Shown here one piece after another: positions 33,283 to 41,929 of a stretch of 64,000 nucleotides of DNA (within the stretch, counting starts at the first letter, position 1; each line of letters starts with the position of its first letter). This DNA is from a virus, in the IMG/VR virus record IMGVR_UViG_3300048691_000182, positions 32,280 to 96,279 of that record; one strand, 5' to 3'. The notes beneath the pieces are model-generated. The model saw nothing but the letters and a program-made list of their open reading frames with translations, searched no databases and had not been told where the DNA came from. Both the position numbers and the translations under genes were made by a program.

Positions 33283-34515
33283 TTAACTGTAATAATGCAT
33301 GCAAAAAGCTCTTAAGCAAATATACAAACAAAGTCCTGTTCTCACACTTGACACAATTCCGTCATTATGAAGACCTGTGGCCTTAGTAACTATACCTTGT
33401 GCTAATTCTCTAATCTCTAAGAGTTCTATATCTGTACTTCTGGAAGACATATAGACTCCTCTGAGTTTAGATACTAGTCCAGCTAAATCAGTATTAGCTT
33501 TTAAGACTGTGCTATTGTCCGCCAAATAACCAAAGCTATGTACCATAACTTTTTCTATTAATTTTTCTACTTCAGGCACTGAAGTATGTCTGAAATTACC
33601 AGACATCCACTCTAAGGTCTTAATCAGATTCTTAGGAGGCATTGTGTGTTGAATAGAGATAATAACAGTAAGTAATTCATCTTTAATAAAACTATTTTTA
33701 TCAGAAATAATAGAACTTAAATACCTGGTATAGCCATAAAGATTTTTTGTTTTATCTTTTAGGATTTGTTCACCGTCGTGCTCCATTAAAGAACTAGTCA
33801 CAGTGATTCGGGACCCCATTCCCTGGGCTTCCATCATCTTGCCATAAATATTCTTACCCATGTCTCTAATACGACCTTGTGTATCGTTTAAAGCGTTAAC
33901 AATCTTTTTATCATCATCAAAAGTTTCAAAGACTTTATAATGGATACTTTCCTTAGATACAATATTTTCACTACGTGCATGGAGTGTAGCAGACCAACTA
34001 CCATATTGCTTAATAGCAAACTTATAACTAAGACTAGCGTACGTGGCAGCCGCTAACTGAGGGTCAGCAGGAAACTTAAAGTATTTAAACATTAAGCTAG
34101 TGATAAACTTATACTGCAAAATTAAAGCAGTGTCTACCATTGCATTTTCTTTTTGCTTATCGGTCAGCTCTGTAGAATTAAGAATACCATGTATAACCCA
34201 CAGTGTAGATAAGTTAAAAACATCGCTAGAGATGTGAAACTCAGCATTGATATCTGGTAACATTAAAAGTTTTTCTTCTAATGTAATATCGTCTATTTCA
34301 AGAACGTCACTAAACCATCTGTCTCTGTCTTGTGCTGTGAATCTAACAATCTGTACACCAAACGTATTTCCACCAAAGAACGTCATATGGTCTTCGTTCT
34401 TTTGCACAAAGCCCACTTGAAAAGAATTAATCTTTTTAATAAGGTTTATATCGAACTTGAGATCACGACATTCTTGTTCAAAAACTTCTTTGACGCCATG
34501 TTTCTTAGTGTTCAT
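33283..34515 (-). CDS. Conserved jumbo-phage core protein (phiKZ gp32-like)
   Basis: 410 aa; synteny; no catalytic motif recognised. Confidence 0.55.
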   Translation of the reverse strand: MNTKKHGVKEVFEQECRDLKFDINLIKKINSFQVGFVQKNEDHMTFFGGNTFGVQIVRFTAQDRDRWFSDVLEIDDITLEEKLLMLPDINAEFHISSDVFNLSTLWVIHGILNSTELTDKQKENAMVDTALILQYKFITSLMFKYFKFPADPQLAAATYASLSYKFAIKQYGSWSATLHARSENIVSKESIHYKVFETFDDDKKIVNALNDTQGRIRDMGKNIYGKMMEAQGMGSRITVTSSLMEHDGEQILKDKTKNLYGYTRYLSSIISDKNSFIKDELLTVIISIQHTMPPKNLIKTLEWMSGNFRHTSVPEVEKLIEKVMVHSFGYLADNSTVLKANTDLAGLVSKLRGVYMSSRSTDIELLEIRELAQGIVTKATGLHNDGIVSSVRTGLCLYICLRAFCMHYYS

Positions 34516-34521
34516 TTTTAC

Positions 34522-35124
34522 TTAATCCTTTAAAGGCTTTTTAAGCTCTTTAACCAAGTTTTCAAACCCGACTATCAAACCAATTCCAAAATCTCTACAG
34601 TGAGCTTCTAATGCTGCGTAAGGGTGTTGTGGAATAGTTTCTGAAGTATTTATTGATTTATAACTAAAAAAAGTAGGGTTAGAAGAATTACTTTGTTCTA
34701 TGTGGTCTTTGTCAATGACAATAAAATTCTTTTGCTCAGTGCCCGGTACCGAGTCTCTAGCTAAAGATGTTAGTGCTGTTGGAATAAGTTCAGGTGTAAT
34801 GCTAGATACCGGCACAGCGTAAACGCCAAAGTTACAAGGATAATACCCTTGGATAATTCTATTAACATGTTGGTTATTAATAGAATTATCAACCACACCT
34901 TTTTGTTTATTCAAAATAGACATAGCCATTATGGCATCATTAGCTTGGGATTCTAGCGCAGTATCTTTCAAAGTAGCTAAATCGTCTTTTGCAAAAACAA
35001 TTTGTAAAGCTTTTGTAAATACCTCAGACAAAGGACCTGTCATGGTGATGGTCTGTTCTTGTGGTTCTTCTTTCTTTTGTACAGGTTCCTCACCACACAA
35101 AGCTACTCTAAGAGAATCTATCAT
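34522..35124 (-). CDS. Putative head protein with protease-processing site
   Basis: Start moved to ATG 35124 (AAGGA RBS); contains A-L-E sites (TALES, AALEA) of the type cut by gp175-like proteases. Confidence 0.55.
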   Translation of the reverse strand: MIDSLRVALCGEEPVQKKEEPQEQTITMTGPLSEVFTKALQIVFAKDDLATLKDTALESQANDAIMAMSILNKQKGVVDNSINNQHVNRIIQGYYPCNFGVYAVPVSSITPELIPTALTSLARDSVPGTEQKNFIVIDKDHIEQSNSSNPTFFSYKSINTSETIPQHPYAALEAHCRDFGIGLIVGFENLVKELKKPLKD

Positions 35125-35792
35125 ATCTATTTTCCTTTTATGTTTAATTAGCCAATACTTATTCACAAGATAAATCAAGCTAAATAACTTAGTATAATAT
35201 TATTATAGCTAACAGTAATTTTTTAAATTTTTGCCTTAAAGTAAAAACTTTTAATAACTTGTACGTAAGTATCGAGTAGTTAACAAAAAACTAAAGACAA
35301 AATGTTTCTTCTCTTTTTATTTTCGTCTTATAGAAATGCTGTGTTCAAATTTCTTTGAAATTTTTACATGGCATTTTTGGTATTCTGTATTTACGACCTG
35401 GAGGCTTTAGACTCAGGGAGGATACAAAATTTATGTTTTTATAATTATTTTTAAAATATTATTTTTTTTTATTACCGTCCAGGATACCACCGGCTGGTGG
35501 TATTCCTCCACTATGTTGCGGAGCATTTTTTTATCCTAAAAAAATATAAAACCACTATCGTAATATTTTGCGACGGCTGTGGGCCTCTGCAAATTTACCA
35601 AGTTTATATTTTACCTATCGGTAAATAGAGAGAGTCGCTTCGCTCCTCTCTGTACCCTTGTACCCTTGCCCCCTTACCCCCTTTCCCACAAGATATGTGC
35701 GTATGTAAAAAAATACGTACAGTGGTAAAAAAGCACCATAAATCCAATACTTACATCTACTAAAAACTAGTATTTGTAAGTATTGGATTAGG

Positions 35793-36605
35793 TTATTTCA
35801 TTGGTCCTATTTGTAGCTTCAAGAACCTAGTCATCTGGGTATTATCGTTCATCAAGGCAATCTTTTGCCATTTCTCAAGTACGAAAGTTTGTAGCAATTC
35901 CTCACTATCAGCATAGCCTTCAATAATTTCTTTAAATTTACCTAAGTCTTGACCACCTGACAACTGAGCCTGGTCCATTGTAATAATGTATTCGTTGTAG
36001 ATATAACTTTTAATAGCTAACTCAACCATCTTACAAAATGCCATTATGGATCTCATCTTAATATTAGACAAGTTCTCATCATTGGCAATGATACAGCGTA
36101 AGTAAGTACCTGAAGCGTAATTACTTAAATCTTTAACTACTACCATGTTTTCACCCACAAGTTCTACTCTTGCGGTACTTACAGAAGGTATGGCACTGAA
36201 AGAATCCTGTACAGCCATCTGTGCCATAGAAACTGGTGTGATAGAATAAGGATTGGTACTACCTAACACAGACATGGTGTTTTGCATGTTCATGTTGTTA
36301 TACCCAATACTTAACACTGACATAATGCTGCAACCATTGGTCCTTGACTTTGGTATATGGTATACAGCAGTATAGGTATCAATAGGTTGTGGACTAATGC
36401 CCTCCAAACTAACATTCACTTCGGTACCACCCACTATATTTGCTAAGACCAAAACTCTTGGTCGTACAACTTTGTTAAGCATTTGCTCATCAATAGACAC
36501 CGGTACTTGTCTGTAGTTGTATGATTTGTCTGTAAAGACTTCTCTTAAAATCTGATTTGGGATTCTCATCTTAACTTCAGATAACGCTGTTGCAATTGGT
36601 TGCAT
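35793..36605 (-). CDS. Conserved virion/neck-like structural protein
   Basis: 270 aa with RBS; core block position. Confidence 0.55.
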   Translation of the reverse strand: MQPIATALSEVKMRIPNQILREVFTDKSYNYRQVPVSIDEQMLNKVVRPRVLVLANIVGGTEVNVSLEGISPQPIDTYTAVYHIPKSRTNGCSIMSVLSIGYNNMNMQNTMSVLGSTNPYSITPVSMAQMAVQDSFSAIPSVSTARVELVGENMVVVKDLSNYASGTYLRCIIANDENLSNIKMRSIMAFCKMVELAIKSYIYNEYIITMDQAQLSGGQDLGKFKEIIEGYADSEELLQTFVLEKWQKIALMNDNTQMTRFLKLQIGPMK

Positions 36606-36800
36606 AAATAATTCCTTTTTGATATTCTTCGTAAATTAAAATAATTGAGTCACACATTATCTTAGTAGAGACTATATAGCAGCAACTATAAATTTTCTAC
36701 TGTTCTATAGAATTTCCACTTTTTAAGGAGAACGCTATGTAATATAATAAAATTCTTAGTGTCTTAAAGACAATTTTTATTATTAAACAAAAGGATACCA

Positions 36801-37337
36801 ATGATTAAGAAAATTATTTTTCTATGCCTCGCAATGCTGTCAGTAACTTGTTTTGCTGATCCTATTAAAAATTACGTTGATTCACTTCAAGAGCAAGCTA
36901 GACTTGTTAAGTGGGTTACACAAACGACAAACGGAAAGATGTCAGACGCTAAAGCGCTTTCTATTATCCGAGATGTCTACGCTCATTCATATAGCAAAAA
37001 TTTAAATCCACGCACAGTCCTAGCAATTATTCGTGTTGAGTCCACATTCCAAGAAAATGCTAAGTCTAGCTACGGCGCTAAGGGAATCATGCAAGTTGTC
37101 CCGAGGTTTCATAAAACTAAATTAGCTGGCCGCAATCCTTTTAATTCTAGCGTTTCTACTGAGGTAGGTACTAGTATTTTAGAAGACTGTGGTAAAAAGT
37201 CAAAAGGTAAGTTATATTCAATGCTCCAGTGTTACTCCGGTGGGGGTGGAGCAAAGTACTACAAAAAAGTATTAGCTTATCAAACCGAATTAAGTCGCAG
37301 CATTGTTCCAAAAGAAACAATGTATGCATTTAACTGA
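36801..37337 (+). CDS. Lytic transglycosylase (SLT) with N-terminal signal peptide
   Basis: MIKKIIFLCLAMLSVTCFA signal; SLT motifs IIRVESTF, GAKGIMQV and YSGG. Confidence 0.85.
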   Translation: MIKKIIFLCLAMLSVTCFADPIKNYVDSLQEQARLVKWVTQTTNGKMSDAKALSIIRDVYAHSYSKNLNPRTVLAIIRVESTFQENAKSSYGAKGIMQVVPRFHKTKLAGRNPFNSSVSTEVGTSILEDCGKKSKGKLYSMLQCYSGGGGAKYYKKVLAYQTELSRSIVPKETMYAFN

Positions 37338-37347
37338 AAGAAATGAA

Positions 37348-37866
37348 ATGAACGATATTATTACAAAAGTGTTTGAACAAATGACTAAAACACTTTCTTA
37401 TAAAAAAACTTTGATGGATGGTCTAAATTGTTATGTAGGTGACGTAAAGCTAGTCTTAAACGAAACCTTGACTAATCAAAGTAATTTAAAGTTTATCTTA
37501 GAAGATATAGAAAGTTTATTTTCTAATGTTGCAGATGAAGCTTGGGTGAGAGCTAAAGAAATTAATAAAGATGTTTTACCTGAAAAACATATTACTTTTA
37601 GTAGAGACATCAGCGCAGCTGTTTATAAAATCGCCCACTTTGTTTTCTGTGATAAAGAAAACAATAAAAAAATACATAAACTCGGGGTAGATAGCCACTG
37701 TGTCGTTATTGGAGTTATGTTTTATTTTACACAACAAGAAAATCCTAAACTTAACTACGTTATTAAAGTACATAGTGGACCCTTGTCTGTAACTTTACCT
37801 AGTGGAGAAATATATTTGAAGGACATTACGCCTTCTATTATCGGCGAAGAAGAAACCACAGGCTAA
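37348..37866 (+). CDS. Hypothetical protein
   Basis: Likely start ATG 37348; followed by a hairpin at 37874-37911. Confidence 0.6.
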   Translation: MNDIITKVFEQMTKTLSYKKTLMDGLNCYVGDVKLVLNETLTNQSNLKFILEDIESLFSNVADEAWVRAKEINKDVLPEKHITFSRDISAAVYKIAHFVFCDKENNKKIHKLGVDSHCVVIGVMFYFTQQENPKLNYVIKVHSGPLSVTLPSGEIYLKDITPSIIGEEETTG

Positions 37867-37919
37867 TAAACACATACCTCTAAATACCAAAACTAAGGTA
37901 TTTAGAGGTATAAAAGATT

Positions 37920-38294
37920 ATGAACAAAAATTCAAGATTGTTAATGTATTTTGATTTAACTGGTTTTATGTTTGGTATGGGTAGGTTGACTAAGAAAACA
38001 TATTTTACGGATATTAATCTTAATCCAAACTTTCTATACGATCAATATTTTAGTTGGGTAGTTAATTATATTTTAACCACACACCATCAAATAAACATTG
38101 TTGATTGTCAGATTCATAACAGAGACGAATTTAAAGCAATATTATCTAACAATGAAGTAGTTGTTGTAGACTTTTTCAATGATAGTATTAATGTACGGGA
38201 CCTAAGTATAATACGAGGACAAAACGTTAAAACGATTGTCAATGCTAGGGATTTAATTATCTCTAGAGAACAACCTTTATTTTTACCTAACTAA
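37920..38294 (+). CDS. Hypothetical protein
   Basis: 124 aa, first gene of a tightly packed operon. Confidence 0.6.
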   Translation: MNKNSRLLMYFDLTGFMFGMGRLTKKTYFTDINLNPNFLYDQYFSWVVNYILTTHHQINIVDCQIHNRDEFKAILSNNEVVVVDFFNDSINVRDLSIIRGQNVKTIVNARDLIISREQPLFLPN

Positions 38295-38297
38295 ACA

Positions 38298-38933
38298 ATG
38301 TCAGCATACCAACTACTTGTACCTACGCAAATACTTAATATCCCAATTCACGGATATGCAATGTTGATTGAGCAACAATGGGGACATTGTCTACAACCAA
38401 ACAAGTCTGGTGTTTATTTAGTTGGTCATTTAGAACCCATTCTTGTTCCCGAGAAAAGATATTATAAACAAGAAAAACAACCAGGTTATGTACAACCTTT
38501 AGTTCAGGTTAATAATTTTGATTCTCATAACGGCGATGTTTATGATTCTCATGGTAATTTAGTATTAAGTGCTTCTGTAATGAAGCATAAAGAAACTATG
38601 TTAAGCCTAGAACCAACTGTGCCTGTTAGGTCACTGAAAATAATCGAACTACTTATTAACAGTTACTTGTCGTCAAAATTAAAACATATTCGCTACAATG
38701 TGTTCTCCTCTAAAATCGACAATTATCTTAAACCAGAACATCAATATCTTTCTTCTGAAGGATATTTAGAAATGACTTGTAGTGGTTTGTTTAACCAGAT
38801 AATTGATTTCATAGGCAGAGATGATTGGCATATTTACAATGTAAAATTAAACACACTTGACATACGTATTGAAAAGACGATTGATTATAGAATCTTCCAG
38901 TACGAGTTAAATCAAGAAACTAATAATGACTAG
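38298..38933 (+). CDS. Conserved hypothetical protein
   Basis: 211 aa; C-terminal FIGRDDWHIY..DYRI resembles a phiKZ-like core protein. Confidence 0.6.
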   Translation: MSAYQLLVPTQILNIPIHGYAMLIEQQWGHCLQPNKSGVYLVGHLEPILVPEKRYYKQEKQPGYVQPLVQVNNFDSHNGDVYDSHGNLVLSASVMKHKETMLSLEPTVPVRSLKIIELLINSYLSSKLKHIRYNVFSSKIDNYLKPEHQYLSSEGYLEMTCSGLFNQIIDFIGRDDWHIYNVKLNTLDIRIEKTIDYRIFQYELNQETNND

Positions 38934-39414
38934 CTTTAACGAGTTAATTGTAATAGACGCAGACTCTGTGGTAATAAAATCTAGAGTCTATGTCCACCAG
39001 GCTATCCAAAAAGGTGATTCTTTCCCAATAGCTAATCAAGTTATACACGTTAGTTTAGAGTCAAAGAACCAACCCGGTATTTTTAATAACTTAACAGATG
39101 AGTTAATAGGAATAGTTTTATATGCTGTTATAAATTCTTTTGATACGTCTCAAAATGGTAAAACTAAAAAATATGACACTATTACTCAGGCTATTGATAC
39201 GTTAGTTTTTAATGGTGCTACTTTGGATAAGGCTGTTGTTGCTATTAATTCAATAGAGTACTTGATAATTAATACTTTAATGGATATTTATTCAGGGTTT
39301 GAAACATTAAAAGATAATGTATCTTGTACTGCCGACTTTAAGCATAACAAATTCTTGATTAATTTAAAGAATAAAAAAAGCAATAGGATTTTAGTAAATG
39401 CCGACATTATCTAA
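38926..39414 (+). CDS. Hypothetical protein
   Basis: 162 aa, overlapping operon gene. Confidence 0.6.
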   Translation: MTSFNELIVIDADSVVIKSRVYVHQAIQKGDSFPIANQVIHVSLESKNQPGIFNNLTDELIGIVLYAVINSFDTSQNGKTKKYDTITQAIDTLVFNGATLDKAVVAINSIEYLIINTLMDIYSGFETLKDNVSCTADFKHNKFLINLKNKKSNRILVNADII

Positions 39415-39763
39415 ACAGAAAATTATTATTGCTGTTGATATTGAAGAGGATAAAAACTTCCTTACCAGGTTAGCTAAATATCTTGGTATTGAGCATAGTA
39501 ATGAAATTAACAAGTTTATTACTAGTGTTTTCTTTATAGCTTTAACAGAAGAGGAAAACTGCTCTGAAGAAATATGGGATTATCTAATAGACTCAATGGG
39601 TTCTAGATTAGACGTTCTTGATTTGACCAAAGTTAATATTCTTATTGATCTTGCTGTGGGATCTATTCTCCAAACAATTGAAAACTCAACTGGATTAACT
39701 AAAGATGTAAGCCCGTTAGTCATAGATCGTAATTTGGGTTTATTTCTTTTTAAAGGAATGTAA
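39398..39763 (+). CDS. Hypothetical protein
   Basis: 121 aa, overlapping operon gene. Confidence 0.6.
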   Translation: MPTLSKQKIIIAVDIEEDKNFLTRLAKYLGIEHSNEINKFITSVFFIALTEEENCSEEIWDYLIDSMGSRLDVLDLTKVNILIDLAVGSILQTIENSTGLTKDVSPLVIDRNLGLFLFKGM

Positions 39764-39764
39764 T

Positions 39765-40163
39765 ATGTTTTTAAGCGACAAGTTTAGACATAGCTTAGTC
39801 TGTATAGATTTAGATCCAGAAATAGAGCACTTAGTAAAAAAACTCATAGACTATCACAATGTAACATGTGATAGTCTAGAGGTAATACTTAGTTTTATAA
39901 TAGACTCTGTTCTATTAGGTGATGAAGTAGCAACTATTTTAGACCTTTCAGAAAGAATAATGGAAGAATCTGAACCAGTTGGCAATTTAGACCCCGATGC
40001 TGTTTTTATAATCACAGATAGTTTAAGACGATTATTCGATTCTGTGGATAAAACATTTAAAATGTTAGGCGTTAAACAATACGGTATACCGCCTTATGAA
40101 CTACTCAACTATGATGGTTACAAAAGAATCATTCTGCGTAAAGCCGAAAATATTGATCATTGA
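39765..40163 (+). CDS. Hypothetical protein
   Basis: 132 aa, AAGGA RBS. Confidence 0.6.
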   Translation: MFLSDKFRHSLVCIDLDPEIEHLVKKLIDYHNVTCDSLEVILSFIIDSVLLGDEVATILDLSERIMEESEPVGNLDPDAVFIITDSLRRLFDSVDKTFKMLGVKQYGIPPYELLNYDGYKRIILRKAENIDH

Positions 40164-40506
40164 GTTTAGCGGTTTAGAAAAAATAGTAAAAGACATTGAG
40201 TCTATTGTTTACATTGATCTAGACAGAGCTGAACTAGTATCTAAGATACTGTACTCTATACTAAGATTAGATACTAGTTTAACTAATCTGGAGCACTTAG
40301 TTAATAAACTAAGCAAAAAAATAAATAATAACAATAAAGAACTTTTAAAAAATAAATTAACAGACCTGAGTTTAATAGTGTTTAATAATTTACTTACACT
40401 TGGCTGCTATGAAAACAACAAAGTAAATTACTGTTTTGGCGGTTTCTTGTTTTCTGACACTGTTATTCTCTGGAAGCCTAATAAAGACGATGTTCTCCTC
40501 ACCTAA
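40096..40506 (+). CDS. Hypothetical protein (start uncertain)
   Basis: 136 aa ORF filling the operon gap. Confidence 0.5.
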   Translation: MNYSTMMVTKESFCVKPKILIIEFSGLEKIVKDIESIVYIDLDRAELVSKILYSILRLDTSLTNLEHLVNKLSKKINNNNKELLKNKLTDLSLIVFNNLLTLGCYENNKVNYCFGGFLFSDTVILWKPNKDDVLLT

Positions 40507-40894
40507 ACCTAAAAACACGGTAGCGCTACATATTGACGCACCGTTAGAATTGTTTTTAAGAAAAACAGGCTTCGTGATAAACAGCCATGACCACTTAGAA
40601 ACAATAAGACAAATATTTGATATTTTAGATGGTAATTTTATTGAATTTACTAATATCTTACAAACTCTACCTAAATATCATTTATTAACTAACAAAGAAA
40701 GATTTGTTCATTTACACACCACAGCGCTAACTCCTTATGGGGTAGTAGTAAAAGAAACTGTGCAAGAATTAGGTTTAGGTATTTATTTCTTATGTCACCA
40801 AAATAGAATATTTGGTGAAGATAATAAAATTCCGTATATTTTGAATAACATGTACTCCGGCATATGTATGTTAGAGTACTCACCTAAGGAATAA
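40490..40894 (+). CDS. Hypothetical protein
   Basis: Likely start ATG 40490 overlapping the upstream gene end. Confidence 0.55.
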   Translation: MFSSPKPKNTVALHIDAPLELFLRKTGFVINSHDHLETIRQIFDILDGNFIEFTNILQTLPKYHLLTNKERFVHLHTTALTPYGVVVKETVQELGLGIYFLCHQNRIFGEDNKIPYILNNMYSGICMLEYSPKE

Positions 40895-40898
40895 ATAA

Positions 40899-41297
40899 AT
40901 GTCTGTAAGTTTTGAACTCCATAAAACGTACAATTTTAATACACTAGCACCAAGTATCTTGGGTACTAATTACAAGAATATTACTGTCTTGGGTATTCTT
41001 AGTTACGATACAGCTATTAAATATTTTGTACCCGAAACGGTAAGTGTAAGTGTTTATCCGCACTTACCGAACGGAACACCTAGTGATCCAAAAAGGTATA
41101 CGTATCTTTTGTTTCAAACAGAAGCTGGAATTACCTCAATTATTGCACTTGAATGGATTGATAAACCTACTATTGTAGTAGTTAGTTACCAGACAATCAA
41201 TATTTCTGTTCTGCAAGCTTCGGCAGGAGATACTGAGAAGATTAGGGAATCCCTTGTGTTACTAGGGTTTACCAACTTTACTATGAATACAGTATAA
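40899..41297 (+). CDS. Conserved small protein (phiKZ gp49-like)
   Basis: 132 aa; YNFNTLAPSILG motif; lies upstream of the DNA polymerase as in phiKZ-like phages. Confidence 0.6.
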   Translation: MSVSFELHKTYNFNTLAPSILGTNYKNITVLGILSYDTAIKYFVPETVSVSVYPHLPNGTPSDPKRYTYLLFQTEAGITSIIALEWIDKPTIVVVSYQTINISVLQASAGDTEKIRESLVLLGFTNFTMNTV

Positions 41298-41321
41298 AAA
41301 TTACTTTGTAATATATTGTAT

Positions 41322-41828
41322 GTAGAAATGATTAGAATCTATAAATTTACGCTTATTCTTTAGACGCCAAGCTAATGGAATATTCTGTTGCAAGGTAGAG
41401 ACAGAATAAGTGTAAGTCTTTTTGTGCTTAACGCACCATTGTGTCTAGAAAGTGTGGTTGTGGAATTACCTACCTAACCCTCAAGATGGTTAAAACACTT
41501 TCAATGTCAGCCACTTTATTTTAATGCCGTCTTGTTCGAGTCAAGACAAAAAGTAAAACTTAGCTACAAGTTCCGGGTTGGGGTGTAATAGCTAAGCCTA
41601 CTGTCTCCGCTAGAAGCAGAACAGATCTTTGTAACGGAATAAAGTGGTCGGTTAATAATAGATGTTAAGATATAGTTAATAGTAAAAAGGTCTTTCTTCA
41701 TTTCTACTTTTTAGCTATTAACTTGAAATTTTGCATGTTCTTTATTAACCAAAAAAGGTAGGTAGTTCAGCTACTTCTTCCGCAGCTAGAAAACTAGTGT
41801 GCGAGCAAGAGAGAAGTAGAATAAGCGC
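41322..41828 (+). ncRNA. Candidate large structured ncRNA with two predicted pseudoknots
   Basis: No ORF of 60 aa or more; at least nine complementary segment pairs of 6-15 bp; promoter-like motif upstream and terminator at 41832-41858. Confidence 0.55.
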
Positions 41829-41831
41829 AAC

Positions 41832-41858
41832 AGTCCCAGAGTCATTGACTCTGGGACT
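41832..41858 (+). terminator. Hairpin terminator followed by TATG
   Basis: agtcccagagtc-att-gactctgggact then tatg. Confidence 0.75.
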
Positions 41859-41929
41859 TATGCCGTCTTTTTATTTTTTGTTAATTTTTAACTAGTCAAA
41901 GGTATTCTTTGAACAAGGAGAAAACAACA

